From Deferribacterales bacterium (GTDB lineage Bacteria; Chrysiogenota; Deferribacteres; Deferribacterales; Geovibrionaceae): a stretch of DNA of 64,000 nt. The position numbers were made by a program, and so were the translations under genes. This document shows, one piece after another, positions 29,123 to 37,077 of this stretch (the first letter of the stretch is position 1; each line of letters starts with the position of its first letter). Below the pieces are notes generated by a model, which saw only the letters and a program-made list of their open reading frames with translations, had not been told where the DNA came from and did no database searches. Location of the stretch: contig JBFWMA010000003.1 in NCBI GenBank assembly GCA_050251875.1, forward strand, positions 200,436 through 264,435, written 5' to 3'.

Positions 29123-29859
29123 GGATAAAATACTTCTTTAAGATAGAGCCCTGCGGCAGGCGCCGTGGGGCCTCCTTTTTTTCTGTCCTTTGTTTCGAGC
29201 ATCTCTCTGACTCTCTCGGGTCCGTATGATCCCCTGCATCCCTTTATCACTGTTCCGGTGATTATCCGCACCATATTGTGCAGAAAACCGTTGCCGGTCA
29301 CTTCCAGATGATACAGTTCGCCCTCACGATAAAACTTAGTCTCCAGTACAGTGCGGACGTTGTTCTGCTTCAGGCTTGTCAGAGCGCAGCAGGATGTAAA
29401 ATCGTGCGTACCCTCAAACTCTTTCAGAATCAGAGGTGCCAGATCCATGTCTGCTCTGCCCTTCACCCACCACGCCCTGCTTTCATAAAAACAGGAGCGC
29501 ACTCTCGAGTGCAGTATTTTATATAGATACGTCTTTTTCTGCGCCCATTTCTGAGCGTGGAAATTAAGCGGAACATCCCATGCCTTAGCAACGGAGATAT
29601 CCGGCGGCAGTATGCTGTTCAGCCCCAGAACCAGCGCCTCGTCTTTTATATGGGCATCGGTGACGAAGTTGGCTACCTGTCCGATGGAATGGACGCCTGA
29701 ATCAGTGCGCCCTGAGCCGACAATATTAACCGGTTTTTTATACAGTTTTTCCAGCGCCTTCTGCACTTCCTCCTGAATGGAGGGCGAGTGGCTCTGGCAC
29801 TGCCATCCGGCATAGTTTGTTCCCAGATATTCTATCATCATGGCTTTATTAAATCGCAT
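29119..29859 (-). CDS. truA: tRNA pseudouridine(38-40) synthase
   Basis: GSGRTDSGVH, GTHDF and GFLHNMVR motifs. Confidence 0.95.
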   Translation of the reverse strand: MRFNKAMMIEYLGTNYAGWQCQSHSPSIQEEVQKALEKLYKKPVNIVGSGRTDSGVHSIGQVANFVTDAHIKDEALVLGLNSILPPDISVAKAWDVPLNFHAQKWAQKKTYLYKILHSRVRSCFYESRAWWVKGRADMDLAPLILKEFEGTHDFTSCCALTSLKQNNVRTVLETKFYREGELYHLEVTGNGFLHNMVRIITGTVIKGCRGSYGPERVREMLETKDRKKGGPTAPAAGLYLKEVFYP

Positions 29860-30538
29860 AGTACACCGCAATCACGACAGCAGTCAGCGCTATCATCAGT
29901 TCGTATTTATTAGGCATCGGCACGGCAACGGCGCTGTATCCGCCCTGCTCCACCTTAGCCGCCGCCGTGTCTGTGTGTGCCAGCAGACTGTGTATCAGCG
30001 GTTTGATATATTCGTTCGGACGGAAGAGAACCCTGTATGTATGTTTCTCATATTCCGGCGACAGAGTAATCAGCTTCACCGTGCGTTTGGCATCCTCTAT
30101 GAAGATGGGGATGAATTCCAGCGCCACCAGCATGACCACACGCAGGTTTTTCCCCGCCGTGCCTCTGACAGGCATGGACAGGATAGACACCAGCGCCTTT
30201 GCGTCCGTGGTCTCTGAAAGCAGGATGGAAAGGTAGATAATCAGAAAAAAACGATAGGTAAGGGTCACTGAATCATTCAGCCCCGAACCGAAGAAAAAAT
30301 TCATGATAAAAGTGATTAAAAGGATAATTACAAAAGGTTTAACCTTATAAAAGAGATCCAGAGGATTCAGCCTTGCGGTTATCTGGACAGCCGCCGCCAG
30401 CAGTGTCAGCAATGTATACGACAAAAGAGACACAGATATTCCCGCTATCTGTATCAGGCAGAGGAAGACTGTCAGTTTTACTGCCGGGTTGAGCCTGTGG
30501 AGAACAGAAAGATCGTTATTCTGTCCGCCTGAGGTCAT
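29849..30538 (-). CDS. EcfT/CbiQ-like transmembrane component
   Basis: LHRLNPAVKL and ALEFIP motifs; adjacent to truA. Confidence 0.75.
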   Translation of the reverse strand: MTSGGQNNDLSVLHRLNPAVKLTVFLCLIQIAGISVSLLSYTLLTLLAAAVQITARLNPLDLFYKVKPFVIILLITFIMNFFFGSGLNDSVTLTYRFFLIIYLSILLSETTDAKALVSILSMPVRGTAGKNLRVVMLVALEFIPIFIEDAKRTVKLITLSPEYEKHTYRVLFRPNEYIKPLIHSLLAHTDTAAAKVEQGGYSAVAVPMPNKYELMIALTAVVIAVYYAI

Positions 30539-30545
30539 CTGCCGC

Positions 30546-30764
30546 TCAGGATTTTTTATCTTCGCTGTCGCCTTCGGTGATCTTGCCCTGATCGTTAGAC
30601 TTGGGTGTGATATCTACCACATCTTCGGCGTCTTTGGCCGCTTTTTTAAAGTTTTTGATAGCCTTGCCCATACCATCGCCTATCTGGGGCAGTTTTCCAG
30701 CGCCGAATACCACAAGAGCGATGACAAGTATAATTAAAATTTCCTGTGAACCGAGTCCGAACAT
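30546..30764 (-). CDS. tatA: Twin-arginine translocase TatA
   Basis: [22 protein letters not shown]. Confidence 0.93.
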   Translation of the reverse strand: MFGLGSQEILIILVIALVVFGAGKLPQIGDGMGKAIKNFKKAAKDAEDVVDITPKSNDQGKITEGDSEDKKS

Positions 30765-30813
30765 AATGTTCCTCCCATATGTATCTTTCTAATATATTGA
30801 AAAAACTAAAAAT

Positions 30814-32283
30814 TCAATCGTTATTTCTTCTGCGCCTGAGTCTGTCGTATCCGTATGTGAGCCCCAGAAAAGCCAGAAACCATGTATAACCTATTGATGA
30901 AAATATGGTTTTAGTGTTTATCAGTTTTGCTTCGCAGTCCAGATAGCCTTTTTTGCCCTGTTTCAGGCTCACTTTTATATCTCCGTTATCGGCGATACAG
31001 GCGGATATTCCCGACTGCGCCGCCCTCAGAACATATCTGCGGAACTCCACCGCCCGCATGACATCCGCCGCCAGATGCTGGGAGGGTCCCTGTGTTTCGC
31101 CGAACCAGCTGTCGTTTGTCACCACGGTCAGGATATTCGCTCCATCGTCAACCTGTGGACGGACAAGTGAGCTGTATGCGCTCTCATAACAGACAAGCGG
31201 AGCGGCATTTAGTTTTCCGGCGGAGAATATTTTCGCTTCTTTTCCGGCGGAAAAATCCTCAGCGCCTTTGAAAAAGTAATAATCTATCGGCTTGAACAGG
31301 GTTTTCATGGGAAAATATTCGCCGAAAGGCACCAGATGGCGCTTGTCGTATATATCTGTTCTGTCGTTTGTCATCATAAATACGCTGTTGTAATACCTTA
31401 CGCTGTTCTCTGTGGAGGCATTGCGGATTCCTCCGGCTATGAGCGGAGTGTTCTCGGACATGATCCGCATCAGCAGATATCCGGAGAAAGAGTCGTCCAT
31501 GAAGGCGGGATAGACAGTCTCCGGCATCATCACCAGATCGAATTTTTCGGGTTCGGATTTTCTGAGCATCTCGCTGACAGTCAGAAATATATCATCCTGT
31601 TTCGCCCTGTCCCACTTATCTTCCTGTTTATAGGCGGGCTGTATAATACGAACGCTTAATGGCTCAAAATCATACTTCCGGCTCTCCGCCAGAAAGCCGT
31701 AAGCCAGCAGAGCCGCCAGAAAAACAGAGGCGAATGTGATGGATCTGTTGTTTCTGGTGATGAAGAAATCAGCGAAAGCGATGTTGAAATATGCCACGGC
31801 GAGAGAAATCAGGTGTTCTCCGCCCAGATCGGTCGCCTGGATCACAGGCAGAAAAGAATACTGGGTGTGCGACAGGTTGAGCCAGGGAAAACCCGTCAGG
31901 ATGTTTCCTCGGATAATCTCCAGACAGACGAGTATGCCGGCAGTGAGCAGGCTCGACCCCTTCTTTCTGTAATATACCCATCCGAAGACAGCCCAGAAAA
32001 GAGCCAGCATTGCCGCAAAACCCATAGCCGCAGACAGACCCGCCATGAAAGGCGAATTGCCGAAATGGGACACGGATGTGATGATCCAGCGGAGATTGAT
32101 GAAATAATATATGAAACCGAAAAGCCAGAGAGAGAACCCCGGTCTTTCGCTCTTTGCAGAGTAAACAAGGACGGGAACAAGAGCGATATACGCCAGAAAC
32201 CACATGTCGAACCCGGGCGAGGCGAGGGTCAGCATGAGAGCCGAAGCGGCGGCGGAAATGAAAAGCATAACGGGTTTATTCAT
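30814..32283 (-). CDS. lnt: Apolipoprotein N-acyltransferase
   Basis: GFPW, PET, KRHLVPFGEY, VCYE and TNDSWF motifs. Confidence 0.95.
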   Translation of the reverse strand: MNKPVMLFISAAASALMLTLASPGFDMWFLAYIALVPVLVYSAKSERPGFSLWLFGFIYYFINLRWIITSVSHFGNSPFMAGLSAAMGFAAMLALFWAVFGWVYYRKKGSSLLTAGILVCLEIIRGNILTGFPWLNLSHTQYSFLPVIQATDLGGEHLISLAVAYFNIAFADFFITRNNRSITFASVFLAALLAYGFLAESRKYDFEPLSVRIIQPAYKQEDKWDRAKQDDIFLTVSEMLRKSEPEKFDLVMMPETVYPAFMDDSFSGYLLMRIMSENTPLIAGGIRNASTENSVRYYNSVFMMTNDRTDIYDKRHLVPFGEYFPMKTLFKPIDYYFFKGAEDFSAGKEAKIFSAGKLNAAPLVCYESAYSSLVRPQVDDGANILTVVTNDSWFGETQGPSQHLAADVMRAVEFRRYVLRAAQSGISACIADNGDIKVSLKQGKKGYLDCEAKLINTKTIFSSIGYTWFLAFLGLTYGYDRLRRRRNND

Positions 32284-32338
32284 GGGGATATTCTAATACA
32301 ATACTGAAAAGAGAGCAATTAAAGAAAATGAAATGAAT

Positions 32339-32689
32339 TTACATGCGGCAGCCGATGCCGAATCTGCGGCAGAAACGCCCGAAGCGGGTCTGGTCGAGAC
32401 ATTCGCCGTCTGACACTTCCACCTTGATCTTGGAAGCCATGCCTCTGCCCAGCACGATTCTGGTGTCCTCGCAGATGACGGCGACCTCACCGTCCCCTGT
32501 GTTCTGGGCTATCTCGAAGGAGGCTCCCTCGTGCAGTCCCATCTCTTTCAGGCGGCGGGCGAAACGGCAGTTATGCATGTCGTCACAGTCTATGATGAAC
32601 TTGAGGATGGTTCCTCTGCTCCCCGCCTTCAGCATGGAGAGTGTCATACAGTCTGTCAGTACGGTTTTTTCACAGCATGCGTTTGTCAC
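32339..32689 (-). CDS. feoA: FeoA-domain protein, Cys-rich
   Basis: RRLKEMGL.EG and RIVLGRGMASKI motifs; Fur box upstream. Confidence 0.85.
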   Translation of the reverse strand: MTNACCEKTVLTDCMTLSMLKAGSRGTILKFIIDCDDMHNCRFARRLKEMGLHEGASFEIAQNTGDGEVAVICEDTRIVLGRGMASKIKVEVSDGECLDQTRFGRFCRRFGIGCRM

Positions 32690-32716
32690 TATTTACCCCT
32701 TGGGTGTTACTATATT

Positions 32717-32741
32717 ACTAATGAGTTTCATTATCAATATC
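32717..32741. promoter_or_regulatory. Fur box between feoA and fur
   Basis: GATAATGAAACTCATTAGT (15/19) with an overlapping site shifted by 6 nt. Confidence 0.8.
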
Positions 32742-32839
32742 AAATTTTTATTCTTATGCATAAAAGTATAAAAAAATTGTGGCAGTATCCTGAATAAAAA
32801 GTTATTCTAAAGCTGAAAGATTAATCAGCGGAGCGGAAT

Positions 32840-33286
32840 ATGGCACTTAGCTCTAAAGACACACACTCTGTATTTACAAAATTTTTAGCTGAAAAAAGCC
32901 TCAGAATGACTTCTCAAAGAGAACTTATTCTCAAAACTTTCTGTAAACAAAAGAAACATGTAACAGCAGAAGAGCTATATGACATCCTGAAAAAGCTGGA
33001 TCCCAGCATCGGTCACGCCACCGTGTACCGCACGCTGAAACTGCTGAGCGAGGCGGGAATCGCCCGTGAGCTTAATTTCGGCGAGGGTTCTGTCCGCTAT
33101 GAGCCCGATCTCGACCGTGAACACCACGACCATCTCGTCTGTGTGAAATGCGGGGAGAATATCGAGTTTCTGGATGAAGAGATAGAGGCGCTTCAGAAAA
33201 GAGTGGTGACGAAATACGGCTATGAGCTGGTGGATCACTCGCTCAATCTTTACGGCATCTGTCCGAAATGCCAAAAAACCAAATAA
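32840..33286 (+). CDS. fur: Ferric uptake regulator
   Basis: TSQR, ATVYRTL, HHDHLVC..C and C..C motifs. Confidence 0.93.
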   Translation: MALSSKDTHSVFTKFLAEKSLRMTSQRELILKTFCKQKKHVTAEELYDILKKLDPSIGHATVYRTLKLLSEAGIARELNFGEGSVRYEPDLDREHHDHLVCVKCGENIEFLDEEIEALQKRVVTKYGYELVDHSLNLYGICPKCQKTK

Positions 33287-33311
33287 ATTAAATCACATCA
33301 AATGAGGACAA

Positions 33312-33439
33312 GGCTTCAGGATGAAGCCCGCGGAATTTATTCTAAGCAGTTTTACTGATTAGAATAAATATAGCGTGAGCGCAGCATAATTTATTTATGC
33401 GAAGCGTTGGAGAAAATTTCCTAGGAGTGGAAATTTTCT
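33312..33439. repeat. Four tandem stem-loops between convergent genes
   Basis: Stems at 33312-28, 33335-69, 33378-408 and 33411-39. Confidence 0.6.
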
Positions 33440-34829
33440 AATACATAAGTTCTGTAACGGGTACTATCTTCACACCCATCTTCTCTATCTCGGCTAATGA
33501 ATACGGCAGAGCCGCCACGGTGTCGTTTCTCAGGTGACCTATGGCTATGGTGCTTCCGTTCGACAGCGCCTTTTTAGCGGCGGCGACCAGCTGTCCGTGG
33601 ACGTGGTTCTGTTTGTCGCTTCCTGTTACCAGTCCCGGTTCCTCGTTATCCAGAAACGTGCTGTTCACGGCACACTTCATTCCCATCTTTCTGCACACTG
33701 CGTATGCCTTCGAGTTTCCGGATGTATAGCTGTCCAGAAATCTGGGGGTATACTGCTTGATATATGTGAGTGCTTCGGTCATCTTCTCTTCGTCTTCTGT
33801 GAAGGCGGAGCCTGTGTGGTTGTTCGCCCCATCCAGAGACATTCCGAAATACTGCATGTTCGCCCGTGTGATGGAGGCTATGAGTGCTTCGGGCATGTTA
33901 AGAAATATGGCTCCCTTGCCCGGGTCGAACTCCGGATATGATTTCGGCTGCATGGGATAGTGGATGAAGAGCGTATTACCGGAATCCCTAGCTATCTTCG
34001 CAGTCTCTTTTCCGTATGGAGTGTAGGGAATGACGGCGAATGTCACCGGATATTTCAGCGCCGCCAGCTTCTGCGCCAGAGGCACGCTGTATCCGCAGTC
34101 GTCTATCACCAGCGCCATTTTCGCTGTGTATTTTATGGCTGGTTTTACCGCCTCTTTTTTTACAACGGGCTTGTCCTGTTTTTTCACAGGTTCTTTCTTT
34201 GTCACCACCGGCTCTTTTTTCGGAGCGGGTTTTGGTTTTACGGAGAAAGTCAGCGTATATTCCCCGTGGGTGTCTTTCACCTTCAGGGGTTTTTCAGACG
34301 TGATAGTCAGATTGTTGTCGGTCAGATATCTTTTCAGGTCGGTTTCCAGCCCTTTTGCGTTCTTATCCGAGTCGGATTCCAGATTCACATTATTGTTTTT
34401 GATGGTGATGCTGTCCTGGTCGAGTCTTTTGTCGAACATGAACAGTTTTACGGCATTAGGCAGACTGATTACCTCGATGGGTTTTTCCACCTCAATAGTT
34501 TTCTCTATGGTTTTTTCTACTATTTTTATTTCGGGTTCCGGCGCTTTTTGGGGTTCTTCCTTCTTCTGCGGGACGGGGATTGGGGGAGCGGGAAGAACAT
34601 CTGCTTTCTGAGGGGCTTTCTCTTCTGTCACCGGTTTTTCAGCTTTCGCCACGGCGGCGGGGTTCTCGCTGTATTCACCGGACAGGCGCAGAAACATGAA
34701 TCCGCCTATGAGCAGTATCAGCACTATGACGAACAGCAGACTGACAGGGAGCTGGTTCTGCTTTCTCGAGCGGGGCGCAGGTTTTCTTTTTTTGACAGGG
34801 GTCCGTCTGGGAGCTTTTCTTGGAGGCAT
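33438..34829 (-). CDS. Divergent polysaccharide deacetylase family protein with membrane anchor and K/P-rich linker
   Basis: LVIDDCG, HYPMQP, NNHTGS, FLDS and IAIGH motifs. Confidence 0.88.
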   Translation of the reverse strand: MPPRKAPRRTPVKKRKPAPRSRKQNQLPVSLLFVIVLILLIGGFMFLRLSGEYSENPAAVAKAEKPVTEEKAPQKADVLPAPPIPVPQKKEEPQKAPEPEIKIVEKTIEKTIEVEKPIEVISLPNAVKLFMFDKRLDQDSITIKNNNVNLESDSDKNAKGLETDLKRYLTDNNLTITSEKPLKVKDTHGEYTLTFSVKPKPAPKKEPVVTKKEPVKKQDKPVVKKEAVKPAIKYTAKMALVIDDCGYSVPLAQKLAALKYPVTFAVIPYTPYGKETAKIARDSGNTLFIHYPMQPKSYPEFDPGKGAIFLNMPEALIASITRANMQYFGMSLDGANNHTGSAFTEDEEKMTEALTYIKQYTPRFLDSYTSGNSKAYAVCRKMGMKCAVNSTFLDNEEPGLVTGSDKQNHVHGQLVAAAKKALSNGSTIAIGHLRNDTVAALPYSLAEIEKMGVKIVPVTELMY

Positions 34830-34830
34830 C

Positions 34831-35193
34831 TTACCAGGACATTATGACCGCTTGGTCTGACAGCAGCAGGTTGAACACGAAAGAGGGCTCAGCCTGTTCG
34901 CATCCGGCTATTATGTCCGAAGCGCTGGTGCCGAGAGCTTTCAGGCAGTCCATGCCGACAAAAACTCTTCCGCCGTCTTTGATGAACTGTCTGATGCAGT
35001 CCAGATTGTTCTCCGGTCTGGTGGGGATCATAAAGGGCTCTTTGGTTTTATCCGCCACAGAAACACCCTGCGCTGTGAGCATGAGTATCACTGTGTCTGT
35101 GTGGGAGAGAGCGGCTCCGGCGAAACGAAGCGCCTTGCCCGCCTTAAGAATGTCGTTGGATGAGAGATGAACGATAACTACCTTATCAGCCAT
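34831..35193 (-). CDS. DsrE-family protein
   Basis: AL.FA, L...GV and GG.V.V..DC pattern; 120 aa. Confidence 0.65.
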   Translation of the reverse strand: MADKVVIVHLSSNDILKAGKALRFAGAALSHTDTVILMLTAQGVSVADKTKEPFMIPTRPENNLDCIRQFIKDGGRVFVGMDCLKALGTSASDIIAGCEQAEPSFVFNLLLSDQAVIMSW

Positions 35194-35251
35194 AATAAAC
35201 CTCCGAAGATGTTTTATTATACAATAAGGGTGTATAAATAAAAGGATTTTT

Positions 35252-36016
35252 TTAGGCGGCGCCGAAGTATGACATCTCGATCAGCTCGTGAGCCTTTTTC
35301 GATATAAACTTTCTGTCGTGGGAACCGCTGCTGATGGGGTTCAGCCATACTGCGCTGGCGGTGGTTTTTTTCAGCCCGATGAAGTTAAGAAAATGCGGGG
35401 CGAAGCTCATGTCGCCGTACCAGCATACGCTGTCGCAGTTCTTCTCCGAGAAGGGCTCTCCGTTTATGGTTTTGTAACGGATGCACGCCGGAACCACGTC
35501 CACTCCCGTCTCTGTGGCTCCCGCTATGAAAGTGGAGCGGAAGGGCAGGATTTTTGACCCGTCTGTGGATGTGCCCTCCGGAAAAAGCACCACGTTGAAT
35601 CCCTGACGGATGAGGTCTGTCAGCCCGGACAGCTCTTCCTTTATGTTGCGTGTGTTTCTGCGCTCTATGAAATATGTTCCGCCAATCCTTGCCATGAAAC
35701 CCAGAAAGAATGTGTTCTCCACTTCTCTGGAAGAGACATATACCGCCGGGCGGATGGCTGAATATACCAGAATATCCAGATATGACATGTGGTTGGAAAC
35801 TATCAGGCTTCCGTTTGAAGGGATGTTTTCCTGCCCTTCGGCTGATATGCGGAGATTCAGAAAGCGTGTCCCCCACCCGCATATCTTGTGTGTCCACCAT
35901 GCGGATACCCTGCGCCTGTTCACGTCTGTCACGGCGTAAAAACGCAGAAAGAGCGCCCCGAAGATATACAGGGCGAAGAAGAACAGCACCCCGATGAGTT
36001 TATATGTTTTGCGCAT
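35252..36016 (-). CDS. olsA: PlsC-type acyltransferase, probable lyso-ornithine lipid O-acyltransferase
   Basis: NHMSYLD and FPEGT motifs; directly downstream of the olsB-like gene. Confidence 0.7.
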   Translation of the reverse strand: MRKTYKLIGVLFFFALYIFGALFLRFYAVTDVNRRRVSAWWTHKICGWGTRFLNLRISAEGQENIPSNGSLIVSNHMSYLDILVYSAIRPAVYVSSREVENTFFLGFMARIGGTYFIERRNTRNIKEELSGLTDLIRQGFNVVLFPEGTSTDGSKILPFRSTFIAGATETGVDVVPACIRYKTINGEPFSEKNCDSVCWYGDMSFAPHFLNFIGLKKTTASAVWLNPISSGSHDRKFISKKAHELIEMSYFGAA

Positions 36017-36017
36017 G

Positions 36018-36890
36018 TTATTTCAGAAATTTCCTGACAAACCCGTCATCCATCTTTTTGCGGTCGATGAGAGTCAGGTAGTCATAGCATTTGAAAGCCT
36101 TGTCATACGCCGGTTTTCCGCAGATGAATCCGCCCGCCTTCATGTATGACATCAGCAGAGCGGGAACGAGATTTCCAGCCGCCTCACGAAACAGGGCGAA
36201 CCTGTCTTCAGCGGTTTTTTCCACCATGCTGTCGAATTTCTTATCCTTGAACTTGCCTCTGGGGCGGACGCAGGCGAACTCTTTGGGGATGTATCCGCCG
36301 TTTTTCAGCCAGTGGTGGATGAGAGCGGTCTGAAATGTGTCGTCCGAGTGTATGGACGAGCATCCGAACATGTATCTGCTGTCGGTGATAGTCATATATG
36401 CCCCCAGACCTCTCCACAGGGCGGCTATGGTGGCGCCGTTGCGGTATTCGGGGTGAACGCATGCCCTGCCCAGCTCTATCTTGTGTCCGGAGAGCTCTGT
36501 GAGCGCTTCCATGTGAAACTCTTTTTCGGAGTAAAATTTTTTATTATACCTCGTGCTGTTCAGGCGGTAAGTGCCGACAGGTTTGTTGGTCTTGCGGTCT
36601 ATGACAGCGAGGTGGTCGAAGAAGGTGTCGTATTTATCAACATCAATGCCGTAGAGATCTGTCTTATAAGCGTATTCGCCATAGAAAACCTGATAGCGCA
36701 GACGGAGAACATCCATCAGTTCGTGACCGTTTTCTATAATTTTTATAATAAATCTGCTGTTTTCCTCACAAAAATTTGTGTTGGGTCTATAGGTGCGGAT
36801 GCGGAATCTGAGGGTTTTGGATACGTCTTTGATAGCTCCCACAGCTTTTTTAACTTTTTCGGGAGCCAGTTTCTCTTTAATGGCGTTCAT
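36018..36890 (-). CDS. olsB: GNAT N-acyltransferase, ornithine-lipid OlsB-like
   Basis: RLRYQVF, D.YD...DHL, GTYRL, ELGRACVH..YR and FGCSS motifs. Confidence 0.8.
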   Translation of the reverse strand: MNAIKEKLAPEKVKKAVGAIKDVSKTLRFRIRTYRPNTNFCEENSRFIIKIIENGHELMDVLRLRYQVFYGEYAYKTDLYGIDVDKYDTFFDHLAVIDRKTNKPVGTYRLNSTRYNKKFYSEKEFHMEALTELSGHKIELGRACVHPEYRNGATIAALWRGLGAYMTITDSRYMFGCSSIHSDDTFQTALIHHWLKNGGYIPKEFACVRPRGKFKDKKFDSMVEKTAEDRFALFREAAGNLVPALLMSYMKAGGFICGKPAYDKAFKCYDYLTLIDRKKMDDGFVRKFLK

Positions 36891-36992
36891 ATATACCTCT
36901 CGCATATTATGCCTGAAAAATAACAGCGTCATGTCAGAATACGGTTGGTGTTTTGTCAGATAATCTAAAAATATGCAAAACAGGCGTGAAAA

Positions 36993-37032
36993 TTGACAAA
37001 CTTATGACAGTTATAGGAAATCAAGCTGACAG
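36993..37032 (-). promoter_or_regulatory. Pho-box-like direct repeats
   Basis: CTGTCAT-AAGT-TTGTCAA (7-4-7) plus CTGTCAG 22 bp upstream, in 11-bp phase. Confidence 0.6.
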
Positions 37033-37077
37033 AGCGGGCATATATATTCCGTATATATACTTGTAAGAGGTTATGCC

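Noticed and set aside
29849..30538. Orphan ecfT as a new system
   Set aside because: ecfT-truA adjacency is common, and its partners may lie elsewhere in the genome.
34150..34640. K/P/E/V-rich quasi-repeats in the deacetylase
   Set aside because: Ordinary low-complexity periplasmic linker.
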